Shown here: positions 1 to 8,954 of the stretch, in pieces | Numbering within the stretch: position 1 is the stretch's first letter | Layout of the letters: every line of letters begins with the position of its first letter | Assembly (NCBI GenBank): GCA_937934655.1 | Contig: CALGZB010000058.1 | Span: forward strand, 6,579-70,578 | DNA length: 64,000 nucleotides | Source: an uncultured Acidimicrobiales bacterium | GTDB taxonomy: Bacteria; Actinomycetota; Acidimicrobiia; Acidimicrobiales; SHLQ01 | Reading direction: 5' to 3' | Translations under genes and position numbers: made by a program | The notes under the pieces: model-generated | What the model was told of the DNA's origin: nothing | What the model saw: only the letters and a program-made list of their open reading frames with translations | The model's database searches: none

Positions 1-801
1 CCCTCTCAAGAGGTCGTGCACGGAACCGACGGCGCCTTTGTACTGGAGTACGACGTCAGTCGGCCGGTGGAGGGCTGGAACGCTCAGATCTCGCTTCTCA
101 CCGGCATCGCCGCCGCAAAGATCATGCTCGATGGCGGCCACGGCCTCCTGCGCACGCTGCCCAAGCCGTACGGCAAGACCGTGCGGTCCATCCGTGAGGC
201 AGGAAAGGCACTCGGAATCGATTGGCCTGCTGAAATGTCCTATGCCGACCGGGTCCGCGAGCTCGATCCCAACATCCCCCGAGAGGCGGCGCTTCTCACA
301 CAGTCGGCCCGGGCCCTACGAGGCGCCGGATATGTGGCCTTCAATGGTGAGCTGCCTGAGCTTCGCACCCACTCGGCCATCGCCTCCGAATACGCTCACG
401 TCACCGCTCCGCTCCGACGGGTAGCCGACCGTTACGCCAACGAGGCCATCCTCGCCCTCTGTGGCGAGTACGAGACCCCCGAATGGGCGCTCAAGGCGAT
501 GCCCGAGATTCCAAGTGCCATGGGCCGTGGCGTTTCCAGAGACCGCCGTCTTGAAAAGGCAATCGTCGACTTCGTTGAGGCCGTCGTGCTCGAGCCCCGG
601 ACCGGCGAAACCTTCGACGCTGTCGTGGTCGATGTCGACGAAGAAGACAACCGGTCGAAGATTCAACTGCGTGACCCCGCCGTGGTGGCCCGAATCGCCA
701 CCAGCGCCGCCGACCTAGGCGCCGAGGTCAAGGTACGCCTCGACAGCGCAATCCCCGACAGGCGCGAAATCACCTTCAGCCTCATTCCAGACAAAAAGTA
801 A
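1..801 (+). CDS. RNB-domain exoribonuclease (RNase II/R family), C-terminal part; 5' end lies outside the window
   Basis: The frame is open back to position 1. HSAIASEYAHVTAPLRRVADRYANE resembles the conserved RNB motif (H-x-T-S/A-P-I/L-R-R-Y/V-x-D). A strong hairpin follows directly after the stop. Confidence 0.75.
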   Translation, partial: PSQEVVHGTDGAFVLEYDVSRPVEGWNAQISLLTGIAAAKIMLDGGHGLLRTLPKPYGKTVRSIREAGKALGIDWPAEMSYADRVRELDPNIPREAALLTQSARALRGAGYVAFNGELPELRTHSAIASEYAHVTAPLRRVADRYANEAILALCGEYETPEWALKAMPEIPSAMGRGVSRDRRLEKAIVDFVEAVVLEPRTGETFDAVVVDVDEEDNRSKIQLRDPAVVARIATSAADLGAEVKVRLDSAIPDRREITFSLIPDKK

Positions 802-835
802 GAACGCTGGGGTCTGACCCCAGCGTTCTTACTTT
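794..835. terminator. Perfect 42-nt palindrome (about 20-bp arms), likely intrinsic terminator; copy A of a duplicated element
   Basis: aaaagtaagaacgctggggtc-t-gaccccagcgttcttacttt overlaps the stop of the RNB gene. The same 42 nt recur at 2847-2888. Confidence 0.7.
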
Positions 836-843
836 GGCGTGGC

Positions 844-1377
844 TTGTCACCCGGATGGCTGGGTGGCGGCGACATATGGTTGATGAGCGTGGGCAGAGAA
901 AGAATCGACTCGGCGTATGACCTGTATGCCCGTGAGCTTCTTTCGTTTGCGACCACCATTGCCGGACCTGCTGATGCGCAAGATGTGGTGTCCAACGCCC
1001 TGCTTCGATTAATCGGCAGTGATATATAGGCCGAGGCGGATAATCCCCGGGCGATTCTTCATCGAGCCGTGTACTTCGAGGGCCTCTCGTGGCTGCGTGC
1101 TGGTCAACGGCGCCGCACTCGCGAGACTCGGTGGTCGTTCCTCGAACTGCCCCACGAGGAAGCGATCGATTCGTTCGCCGATTCGGACCTGGCTGACACG
1201 CTGAATGTGTTGTCGGTGCAGCAACGTGCGGTCATCTATTTGACCTATTGGCGAGATCAATCCATTGCCGAGGTCAGCAAGACACTCGATGTTTCCGACG
1301 GCACGACCCGAAAACAGCTGGCTCGAGCCCGAGCAAAAATTCGGAAGGCCGTTTCAGAGAAGGCGATGTTCACATGA
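844..1377 (+). pseudogene. ECF-type sigma-70 family factor interrupted by an in-frame TAG (1027-1029)
   Basis: The two track ORFs (844-1029 and 1069-1377) are in the same frame. Read-through gives ...ALLRLIGSDI*AEADNPRAILHRAVYFEGLSWLRAGQRRRTRE..., joining a region-2-like N-terminus to a region-4 HTH (LSVQQRAVIYLTYWRDQSIAEVSKTLDVSDGTTRKQLARARAKIRK). The true start is probably ATG 883. Confidence 0.7.
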
Positions 1378-2837
1378 GCGATTACGATGACAACATTCGG
1401 GCTCTGCTGCAACGGGTAGACGAGGAGTCACCTGCCCCGTCGGAACTGAATCGGGAGATCGTCGAACCCGTAACTCTGCACTCGGAACGGAGGCGTTCGT
1501 GGGCGCCGATGGTTGCTGCCGCGGCTGTCGTTGTGATCGTCGGAACGTTCCTTCTGTTCGGAGGCGGCCAGGGAGAATCGGTCAAGGTAAGCGACGACAG
1601 CACCGAGGAGTCTGCCGACGTGACCGCCACGGGCACCATCGACTTTGGGCTTCCAGCTGTCTTCGATCGGCCGAGAACCGAGGCGGATGTGCTTCCGGAA
1701 CGAATCGCAGCATCATTCGACGAGCACACACCTGTTGGAAGGGACGGCACCCTCGAGTTCGATCTGGAGCGGTCGCGGCTCGGTCTGGAGTCAAAGGGAA
1801 TTACCGTGTGGATTGTTCCAGCCGTCGATGATCGAGCGGTCTGCGTGATGCATGAGAAGCCGACCGGTGAACCGGCATCACGAACGTGTCGAGTGTTTAC
1901 GTCGAAGAACGTTTTCGGTGCTCTCACTGCGTCATCTGCTGACTCAGCGCGCACCGTCATTGCCGGAGCCGTGAACTCCGACGAGATCGTGGACGTCGTC
2001 GACGCCGAGTTCCGCGACGGCGTGTTTCTTTCGGTCGGTCCGGGCGTTCCCTCGACCTCGCCGGTTGATCTTGCCGAGCCAACGTTCGTGTTCAGCGATG
2101 GAACAACCGGCACTGCCAGCGAGGCCCGCGAAGCATTCTTTGAGGTGTGTGGAGAGCTGTGGTCGCTGTTCTTCTCCGGAGACCAGTTGATCGAGAGCAG
2201 AGACCTCGAGCGCCTGCAGCCGTTGGCAGCTCTGACCCGAACTCCAGCCGTTCGTCGAACCGTCGATGCGCTTGCTGGCGTAGCAGCGGCTTCAGCGGAA
2301 CCGGTGCCGGTGGCGTCACCACGATGGTCTGAAGCCTGGCCGGAAGGAATCGCGATCTGTGCGCAACCCGGAATGTTCGGCTACGGGTGGTCCGTTGTTG
2401 GCGGTGAGCTTGGCACAGAACCAGGAGTCGACCTGGATCTCATTCCAAACGGCGGACAGATCCAGCTCATCGAACTTGGCCGGTTGTCAGAACAGGGCGG
2501 ATTGGCGGGCTCGCTCGCCACTGCAAGGCGGTCAGCCGACTGTCTCCTGGTCGACCTAGCGCCCGACTTCTTAGGCCGTCCAGAGAACACTGAAGTTGAA
2601 CTGGGCTGTGGAATCGGAATCTACGAAACGACGGTCGCTACCCGATTCGGCGACGAACGCGTGACAGGAGCATTGCTCCCAGACGACGCTTCCTACGTGC
2701 TGATTCGCTTCGATATGAGTGGCCACGCAGTGATGCGCCCGGTCGATGGCGTCGTGCTATTCACGGCTTCCGCCGACATGCAGCCAGTGACCTTCGACGT
2801 CTACCGAGCCGACGGCCAACAACTCACCATGAACTAG
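1374..2837 (+). CDS. Single-pass membrane protein coupled to the ECF sigma gene (putative anti-sigma/regulatory partner); large extracytoplasmic domain of unknown fold
   Basis: ATG 1374 overlaps the sigma stop (ATGA). The sequence begins MSDYDDNIRALLQRV... and has a TM helix WAPMVAAAAVVVIVGTFLLFGG. I see no zinc-finger anti-sigma motif, so the function is inferred from position only. The track ORF start at 1248 is an out-of-context extension. Confidence 0.55.
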   Translation: MSDYDDNIRALLQRVDEESPAPSELNREIVEPVTLHSERRRSWAPMVAAAAVVVIVGTFLLFGGGQGESVKVSDDSTEESADVTATGTIDFGLPAVFDRPRTEADVLPERIAASFDEHTPVGRDGTLEFDLERSRLGLESKGITVWIVPAVDDRAVCVMHEKPTGEPASRTCRVFTSKNVFGALTASSADSARTVIAGAVNSDEIVDVVDAEFRDGVFLSVGPGVPSTSPVDLAEPTFVFSDGTTGTASEAREAFFEVCGELWSLFFSGDQLIESRDLERLQPLAALTRTPAVRRTVDALAGVAAASAEPVPVASPRWSEAWPEGIAICAQPGMFGYGWSVVGGELGTEPGVDLDLIPNGGQIQLIELGRLSEQGGLAGSLATARRSADCLLVDLAPDFLGRPENTEVELGCGIGIYETTVATRFGDERVTGALLPDDASYVLIRFDMSGHAVMRPVDGVVLFTASADMQPVTFDVYRADGQQLTMN

Positions 2838-2846
2838 GTCGAATCC

Positions 2847-2889
2847 AAAAGTAAGAACGCTGGGGTCTGACCCCAGCGTTCTTACTTTT
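2847..2889. terminator. Copy B of the same palindrome; bidirectional terminator between convergent genes
   Basis: The sequence matches 794-835 and has one extra paired T. It lies between the stop at 2837 (+) and the stop at 2892 (-). Confidence 0.7.
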
Positions 2890-2891
2890 GG

Positions 2892-3686
2892 TTAGAGCTC
2901 GAGCGAGAGGGCGAGGGCTTCGACGACGCCGTCGTTCTCTACGTCGGCCACTACATGGTCTGATACAGCCAGCGCATGTTCGTCGGCGTTGCCCATGGCT
3001 ACCGGGTAACCGACTGCTTCCAGGGCCAACACATCGTTATGTCCATCGCCGATCATCATGGTCTGCGCCGCAGTGGTGCCGATCTCGGTCGCCAAACGTT
3101 CGATTGCGGTGCCCTTGTTGGCACCGGCTTTGGTGATCGACACAAAGGCCACGCCGGGCTGGATTGGTGATGTGGCCGACGTGGCTTGGGTACCCTCGGG
3201 TGCCGCCGCCAATGCATCGGCCGAGCGCTCGACCGGCACGATGAGCTGCACCCGCACAATCTCGCCCGTGAGATCCGTGAGCGGTCGACGCTCGAACGGC
3301 ACGCCCATGAGAGCCGCATGAGCGATAGCCGACTGGTGATCGGAATCGACGACGTATTGCCTCGTCTCGTAGAACTCGGCAACCCAATCGTTGCTGGCCG
3401 CAACGGCGGCACATCCAGCAACTTGGTCGTCGGTTAGCGAAAGGTTGCGCTCTTCGCCCGTGCCGGCGTGGAGCAGCGACGCCCCAGCGTGGAAGATGTG
3501 CCAACCGGTGGGATCGAGACGCACCGCATAGTCCCAGGACTTCCCAAACGCCCCGCGAGCGGTACAAAGCGCTAGGTGTTGACCTCGGCGAACCGCAGCG
3601 GCGGTTGCCGCCCAAACGGCGTCGGTGGGTTCACCCGACGGCCCTACAAGAGTCCCGTCGACATCGATACATACAAGTGGAAGCAC
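2892..3686 (-). CDS. HAD-IIB (Cof-type) phosphatase family hydrolase
   Basis: Motif I is CIDVDGTLVG (DxDxT). The C-terminal motif is MIGDGHNDVLALEAVGYPVAMGNA (GDxxND). Start is set at GTG 3686. The longer track ORF reaching 3893 would overlap the divergent oleA. Confidence 0.75.
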   Translation of the reverse strand: MLPLVCIDVDGTLVGPSGEPTDAVWAATAAAVRRGQHLALCTARGAFGKSWDYAVRLDPTGWHIFHAGASLLHAGTGEERNLSLTDDQVAGCAAVAASNDWVAEFYETRQYVVDSDHQSAIAHAALMGVPFERRPLTDLTGEIVRVQLIVPVERSADALAAAPEGTQATSATSPIQPGVAFVSITKAGANKGTAIERLATEIGTTAAQTMMIGDGHNDVLALEAVGYPVAMGNADEHALAVSDHVVADVENDGVVEALALSLEL

Positions 3687-3801
3687 CAGGGCAGCATAGA
3701 TGTAACCAACCGCCCCCAGTTGTGGTCTTAGCGGGGTGCCGGACAAGGCTTTTTGTCCTGCACGTGACAGACTCCATGATCTGTAATTCGGAAGGGGCCT
3801 G

Positions 3802-4818
3802 ATGGCCGGGAATGCAAGCTTCACATTTAGCGATATCGCTGTCGTCTCACTCGCGAACGTGCACGCCCCCGAAGTCATCACTTCCGACGACATCGATACT
3901 CGCCTCGCCGACTTCTACGAGCGGGTCGACGCCAAGCCTGGACTCCTTCAGAACCTTGCGGGAATCAACGAACGCCGCCAGTGGCCTGAAGGCTTCAGCT
4001 TCATGGACGCCGCCGCGGCAGCGGGCGAACTGGCACTCGAACGATCAGGGATCGACCGCGAGAGGGTCGGCCTTCTCGTCGACACCTCGGTGTGCCGTGA
4101 GCGTCTCGAACCATCGAGCGCCGTAACGGTTCACAACAGTCTCGGGCTTCCCTCGAGCTGCATGAACTACGACCTCGGCAACGCCTGCCTCGGATTCCTC
4201 AACGCGATGCATCTCGCCGGCGTACTCATCGAGAGCGGCCAGATCGATTACGCGCTCGTCGTCGATGGCGAAGGCACCCGCGAGATCCACGACAACACCA
4301 TCAACCGGCTCGATACCAGCGACACCATCGAAGACCTCTTCGAAAACTTCGCCTCGCTCACTCTGGGCTCTGGCTCGGCTGCAATGGTGCTGGGCCGTCA
4401 CTCGGAAAACCCCGGAAGCCACAAGATCGTTGGTGGGTTCTTCCGAGCCGCAACCGAATATCACGAACTCTGTGTTGGTTCGCTCGAAAAGATGCGCACC
4501 GATACTGCCGCTCTCCTCGATGCCGGCACCGGCGTGGTCAAGGTCTGCTGGGACGAAGCAGAGCGACCCGACTGGAACGACGCCAACGCGTTCATCCTGC
4601 ATCAAATTTCCGAAGTTCACACCCAAGCGATGATCGACCTGCTGGGCCTCGACGAAGAGCGCGTTGTGCGCACCTTCCCCGAGTTCGGCAACATCGGCCC
4701 AGCGGCGATTCCGTTCACGCTGGCCGAAATCGCCGACAAGCTCGTCGAGGGTGACAAAGTCCTCTGCATGGGTGCCGGCTCCGGCATCAATGCGTCGGTC
4801 ATCGAACTGATCTGGTGA
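3802..4818 (+). CDS. oleA: OleA, FabH-like thiolase for head-to-head Claisen condensation of acyl-CoAs
   Basis: Nucleophile context is DLGNACLGFLNAM. An OleA-type VCRERLEPSSAV segment is present, along with IDYALVVDGE, HQISEVH, FGNIGPAAIP and a C-terminal GAGSGINASVIELIW. The gene is followed by oleBC and oleD. Confidence 0.8.
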   Translation: MAGNASFTFSDIAVVSLANVHAPEVITSDDIDTRLADFYERVDAKPGLLQNLAGINERRQWPEGFSFMDAAAAAGELALERSGIDRERVGLLVDTSVCRERLEPSSAVTVHNSLGLPSSCMNYDLGNACLGFLNAMHLAGVLIESGQIDYALVVDGEGTREIHDNTINRLDTSDTIEDLFENFASLTLGSGSAAMVLGRHSENPGSHKIVGGFFRAATEYHELCVGSLEKMRTDTAALLDAGTGVVKVCWDEAERPDWNDANAFILHQISEVHTQAMIDLLGLDEERVVRTFPEFGNIGPAAIPFTLAEIADKLVEGDKVLCMGAGSGINASVIELIW

Positions 4819-7403
4819 CCAACGGTTCTCTTGCTCCGGCGGAGTTTCCTCCGGCGGGGCTCTTTGAGCTCCGGCGCGAATGGTCGCGGCTCGTTACGTG
4901 TCCCGATCACACCGGCGACCAACGCACCTGGCACGTACTCGACAGCGGCGCCTCCGACTCGACCCGCCTCACGGTGCTCTGCGTGCACGGCAATCCGTCG
5001 TGGTCCTACCTGTGGCGCTCCGTAGTTGCCGGAGCACCCGACGACGTTCGGGTCATTGCCGTCGATCAACTCGATATGGGGTTCTCGGAGCGTTCGGGCG
5101 TTCATCGCCGACTCGCCAATCGGGTCGATGACCTCTGCGCGCTTACCGATCACCTCGAGCTCACTGGCCGGGTGGTTACGCTCGCTCACGACTGGGGCGG
5201 CCCCGTTTCACTCGGTTGGGCGCTACGACACCTCGATCAACTCGACGGTGTGGTGCTCTCGAACACCTCGGTCTGCCAGCCGGAAGGATCGCCCGCACCA
5301 AGCCTGATCCGAGCGGCGCGTGCTCCCGGCCTCTTCCAGGCCACAACTATCAACACGGCCACGTTTGTCCACGGCGCAATCGAGCTATCTCGGCCCCGAC
5401 TCGCCGAGGGCGTGCGCGAAGGCATTCTCGCCCCGTATCGCACGGCCGAACGACGACAAGCCATCGGTGACTTCGTCGAAGATATCCCTCTCGACCCAAG
5501 CCACCCAACGTTCCGACCACTCGAAGCAATCGCCGATGGTCTCGCCGAACTGGGCGATATTCCCGCCCTGCTGCTCTGGGGGCCATCAGATCCGGTCTTC
5601 TCCGATCTGTACCTCCACGACCTCGAAACTCGGCTCCCTCATGCCGATGTGCATCGATTTGTCGGAGCCAGCCACTTTGTACCCGAAGATGCCGACGTGG
5701 CTGGAGCCTTCTTCGCCTGGCTGAACGAGCAGGCCCGACCACCCGGTGCTGCTCCCCAACAACGGGCACAACGACTCCCGCTCTGGCATGAACTCGATCG
5801 GCTTCATGCGAGCCAGAAACCGGCCGTCGTGGAGATGGTCGAGGGTTCCCCAACCTCAATTTCTTTCGCCGCACTGTCGCGACGGGTCGATGCTGTAGCC
5901 ACTGGGCTTGCCCGCCATGGAGTATCCAAGGGCGACCGAGTGGCTTTGATGATTCCTCCGGGCATCGAGCTCAATGTTGCGCTTTATGCCTGCTGGAAGA
6001 TCGGCGCCGTTATCGTCCTGGTCGATTCTGGCCTTGGTCCGAAAAACATGAGCCGAGCACTGAAATCGTCGGCACCGGCGTTTCTCATCGGCATCGACCG
6101 TGCCCTGCGCGGCGCCAAAGCGCTTCGCTGGCCTGGCCGACGCATCAGTGTCGATCCACTACACGCTGTCGAGCGGCGCCTCCTCAACGTCGAAACCTCA
6201 CTTGCCGAACTCCAAGAGTTGGGCCAAGAACCCGCCGACGATCGACCACCTACGCCAGGCGACGACGATGAAGCTGCTGTCGTGTTCACGTCGGGCTCGA
6301 CCGGTCCATCGAAGGGTGTGTTGTATCGCCATCATCAGGTGCAGGCCCAGCGCGACATGCTTCGCCAGCTCTACAACATCGACGCTGATGATCGCCTCGT
6401 GGCGGCCTTTGCGCCATTTGCGCTCTACGGGCCAGCGTTAGGAATCACCAGCGCAGTCCCCGACATGGACATCACCGAACCGGCGACCCTTACCGCTGCC
6501 GCCCTGGGTCAATCCGCTGCCGAGGTTGACGCAACTCTCGTGTTTGCCTCGCCGGCTGCGCTTACCAACGTGCTGGCTACGAAATCCGGTCTCACCCCGG
6601 CCCACCGGACGGCCTTCGATTCCGTGCGACTCTTTCTTTCGGCCGGCGCCCCTATCGGCGAAGCGCTCCTTCAACGCACTGTCGAGATCCTCCCAAACGC
6701 TGCAGCACACACGCCCTATGGCATGACCGAGGTCCTGCCCGTCGCCGATATTTCGGCCCAGCAACTCGCAGAGCGCCGAACCAACCCTCTCGGAGGCGGC
6801 GTCTGCGTCGGTGGAGTCGTACCCGAAACCTGGGTACGGATTTACCCGCTCGACCCCAACGGCGAGCCCTCGCCCGACCCAACCACCGATGCTGGAGTTC
6901 TTGGCGAAGTGGTCGTTCACGCTCCGCACACCAAGGAGCGGTACGACCGACTCTGGTACACCAACCATTTGTCCTCCCAACCCGCTGGCTGGCACCGCAG
7001 CGGCGATATTGGTTTGATCGACAACGACGGGCAACTCTGGATCGCCGGTCGACTCAAGCACGTCATCACCACCGCTGCTGGGCCGCTCGGACCGGTATCG
7101 CTCGAGCTCGCAGCACAAACGGTCGCTGGCGTGTCGCTGGTGGCCGCGGTCGGGGTGGGTCCGGTTGGCGCGCAAATCGTTGTGATCGTTATCCAGCCTG
7201 ACGATCCTCCACGTCGATGGGGCGAAGCATCGTCGCTTCTTCGCAGCCAGATCCGCACGGCAATCGCCGAGCAATGCTCCCCCGATATCGATATTGCCGC
7301 CGTGCTGCTCACGCCGGATATCCCGGTGGATCAACGACACAACTCGAAGATCGACCGGCGGTTCATGGCACAGCAGGCAGCCATTCATCTGGCTGGAAAC
7401 TAG
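4815..7403 (+). CDS. oleBC: OleBC fusion: N-terminal alpha/beta-hydrolase (beta-lactone decarboxylase, haloalkane-dehalogenase-like) plus C-terminal AMP-dependent beta-lactone synthetase
   Basis: N-terminal half: VHGNPSWSYLWRS and LAHDWGGPVS (Asp nucleophile elbow). C-terminal half: AMP-binding motifs VVFTSGSTGPSKGVLYRH, YGMTE and WHRSGDIG. The GTG start overlaps the oleA stop. Confidence 0.8.
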   Translation: MTNGSLAPAEFPPAGLFELRREWSRLVTCPDHTGDQRTWHVLDSGASDSTRLTVLCVHGNPSWSYLWRSVVAGAPDDVRVIAVDQLDMGFSERSGVHRRLANRVDDLCALTDHLELTGRVVTLAHDWGGPVSLGWALRHLDQLDGVVLSNTSVCQPEGSPAPSLIRAARAPGLFQATTINTATFVHGAIELSRPRLAEGVREGILAPYRTAERRQAIGDFVEDIPLDPSHPTFRPLEAIADGLAELGDIPALLLWGPSDPVFSDLYLHDLETRLPHADVHRFVGASHFVPEDADVAGAFFAWLNEQARPPGAAPQQRAQRLPLWHELDRLHASQKPAVVEMVEGSPTSISFAALSRRVDAVATGLARHGVSKGDRVALMIPPGIELNVALYACWKIGAVIVLVDSGLGPKNMSRALKSSAPAFLIGIDRALRGAKALRWPGRRISVDPLHAVERRLLNVETSLAELQELGQEPADDRPPTPGDDDEAAVVFTSGSTGPSKGVLYRHHQVQAQRDMLRQLYNIDADDRLVAAFAPFALYGPALGITSAVPDMDITEPATLTAAALGQSAAEVDATLVFASPAALTNVLATKSGLTPAHRTAFDSVRLFLSAGAPIGEALLQRTVEILPNAAAHTPYGMTEVLPVADISAQQLAERRTNPLGGGVCVGGVVPETWVRIYPLDPNGEPSPDPTTDAGVLGEVVVHAPHTKERYDRLWYTNHLSSQPAGWHRSGDIGLIDNDGQLWIAGRLKHVITTAAGPLGPVSLELAAQTVAGVSLVAAVGVGPVGAQIVVIVIQPDDPPRRWGEASSLLRSQIRTAIAEQCSPDIDIAAVLLTPDIPVDQRHNSKIDRRFMAQQAAIHLAGN

Positions 7404-7405
7404 CC

Positions 7406-8377
7406 ATGCGGGTGCTTGTCACCGGTGGCACCAGTCTGCTCGGCGCCTCGGTCATCGAACGTCTCATCGACCGCGGCGACGACGTGGTCTCGTTCCAGCG
7501 GTCAGCCGGTTCGGTGGCAACGACTGAGGTCTTGGGCGATATCGGTGATCCGTCAGCGTTAGACCGGGCAACCAGCGGCGTCGAAGCCGTCGTCCATCTT
7601 GCGGCCAAGGTTGGGGTTACCGGCTCGGCAGAGTCGTTTCGTTCTATCAACATCGATGGCACCCGCAACGTCATCGAAGCAGCGCAGCGAAACGGCGTCG
7701 CCAGAATGGTGCATGTGTCGTCACCCTCGGTAGCGCATGCAGGTACGGCCCTTGTTGGCGCCGACGCGAGTCCTGCGGATCCAACCACCACCCGCGGGCA
7801 CTACTCCACCACCAAGGCTGAAGCCGAGCTTTTGGCGCTCGACTACAACAGCGACACGTTTCCGGTTGTTGCTATTCGCCCCCACCTCGTGTGGGGTCCG
7901 GGCGATACACAACTCGTCGGCCGGATCATCGAGCGGGCCAACCAGGGGCGGCTCGTGTTGATCGGCAACGGCAGCGCACTTATCGACAGCACCTACATCG
8001 ACAACGCCGGCGACGCGTTGGTAGCGGCGGTTGACCGCGTAGCGGACCTTGGTGGCCAGGCGTTTGTGGTCTCCAACAACCAGCCCCGGACGGTGCGCGA
8101 GCTACTCGAGCGGATCGTCGGGGCGGCTGGCTTACCAGAGCCATCACGCTCGGTTCCTGCCGCGGCGGCTTTTCGTGGTGGCCAGCTCATTGAGTCGGTG
8201 TGGAATCGGTCGGGTTCCGACAACGATCCGCCGCTCACGAGTTTCCTGGCCGAGCAACTCTCGACCGCCCACTGGTTCGACCAGCGGCGGACACAACACG
8301 CGCTTGACTGGCAGCCGACGGTCTCCCTCGATGAGGGATTCCGTCGACTACAAGCCTGGTTTCGTTCTTCGAGCTAG
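7406..8377 (+). CDS. oleD: OleD, NAD(P)H-dependent 2-alkyl-3-ketoalkanoate reductase (3-beta-HSD/epimerase-type SDR)
   Basis: MRVLVTGGTSLLGASV is a Rossmann motif and YSTTK is a YxxxK motif. ATG 7406 lies 2 nt after the oleBC stop. The track ORF start at 7217 is an overlap extension. Confidence 0.75.
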   Translation: MRVLVTGGTSLLGASVIERLIDRGDDVVSFQRSAGSVATTEVLGDIGDPSALDRATSGVEAVVHLAAKVGVTGSAESFRSINIDGTRNVIEAAQRNGVARMVHVSSPSVAHAGTALVGADASPADPTTTRGHYSTTKAEAELLALDYNSDTFPVVAIRPHLVWGPGDTQLVGRIIERANQGRLVLIGNGSALIDSTYIDNAGDALVAAVDRVADLGGQAFVVSNNQPRTVRELLERIVGAAGLPEPSRSVPAAAAFRGGQLIESVWNRSGSDNDPPLTSFLAEQLSTAHWFDQRRTQHALDWQPTVSLDEGFRRLQAWFRSSS

Positions 8378-8382
8378 CAGCG

Positions 8383-8787
8383 TTAGTAGGTAACCGCTGG
8401 CTTGAGCTTCTTCGCATGGGCAACCCAGCGCTTGACCTCGGGTAGCGACGGAGGACGACGAACAGCTTTCTTTTTGGCGTTGACCTCGAGCATCTTGGCG
8501 TGGAGGTTGTCGACGTTGCGGGTACGAAGTTCCTTCACGGTGTCGACACCGGCGAGCTCCAGGAGGTCGCTGTATTCTTCGCCGACACCCTTGACACGCA
8601 TCAGGTCGGCACGGTTTACCCAGCCGAGGATCTGCTTCTCGGTGCAGCCGGATTCCTTGGCGGCGGCCTTACGACCCGGCTTGGTGCCGCAGTCTTTCAG
8701 CAGACCCTGAGTGGTCTTGATTCCGCATTTGGCCATGGCCTTTGCGTACTTGGGGCCGATGCCCTCGATGGTTGCGAGACTAGTCAT
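8383..8787 (-). CDS. DUF4332 domain-containing protein (helix-hairpin-helix type)
   Basis: IEGIGPKYAKAMAKCGIKTTQGLL ... ILGWVNRADLMRVKGVGEEYSDLLELAGVDTVKELRTRN shows the typical two-HhH DUF4332 layout, and the protein is about 130 aa. Confidence 0.7.
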   Translation of the reverse strand: MTSLATIEGIGPKYAKAMAKCGIKTTQGLLKDCGTKPGRKAAAKESGCTEKQILGWVNRADLMRVKGVGEEYSDLLELAGVDTVKELRTRNVDNLHAKMLEVNAKKKAVRRPPSLPEVKRWVAHAKKLKPAVTY

Positions 8788-8925
8788 GGTGGTGGACCTT
8801 CCGGGCCGATTGGAGAAGTAGAACAGGCCCTCTTTTGAGGACGTTATCTCTATCGGCCGCTATTCGTCCACGCTGAGATGTTGCGCTTGGTGTACAAATC
8901 GCCCGGTCACAGCGTTTCACTAAGT

Positions 8926-8942
8926 ACTTTACAAAGTAAAGT
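8926..8942. promoter_or_regulatory. AT-rich 7-3-7 palindrome ACTTTAC-AAA-GTAAAGT, candidate TetR operator
   Basis: A perfect inverted repeat sits just upstream of the membrane-protein/TetR operon start (8955) in an otherwise GC-rich sequence. Confidence 0.4.
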
Positions 8943-8954
8943 TCCTTCTGTACG

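Noticed and set aside
1027-1029. The in-frame TAG in the ECF sigma gene as programmed recoding (pyrrolysine or suppression).
   Set aside because: Nothing in the window suggests Pyl machinery. A one-step TGG-to-TAG mutation or a sequencing error is far more parsimonious. It is reported as a nonsense-interrupted gene instead.
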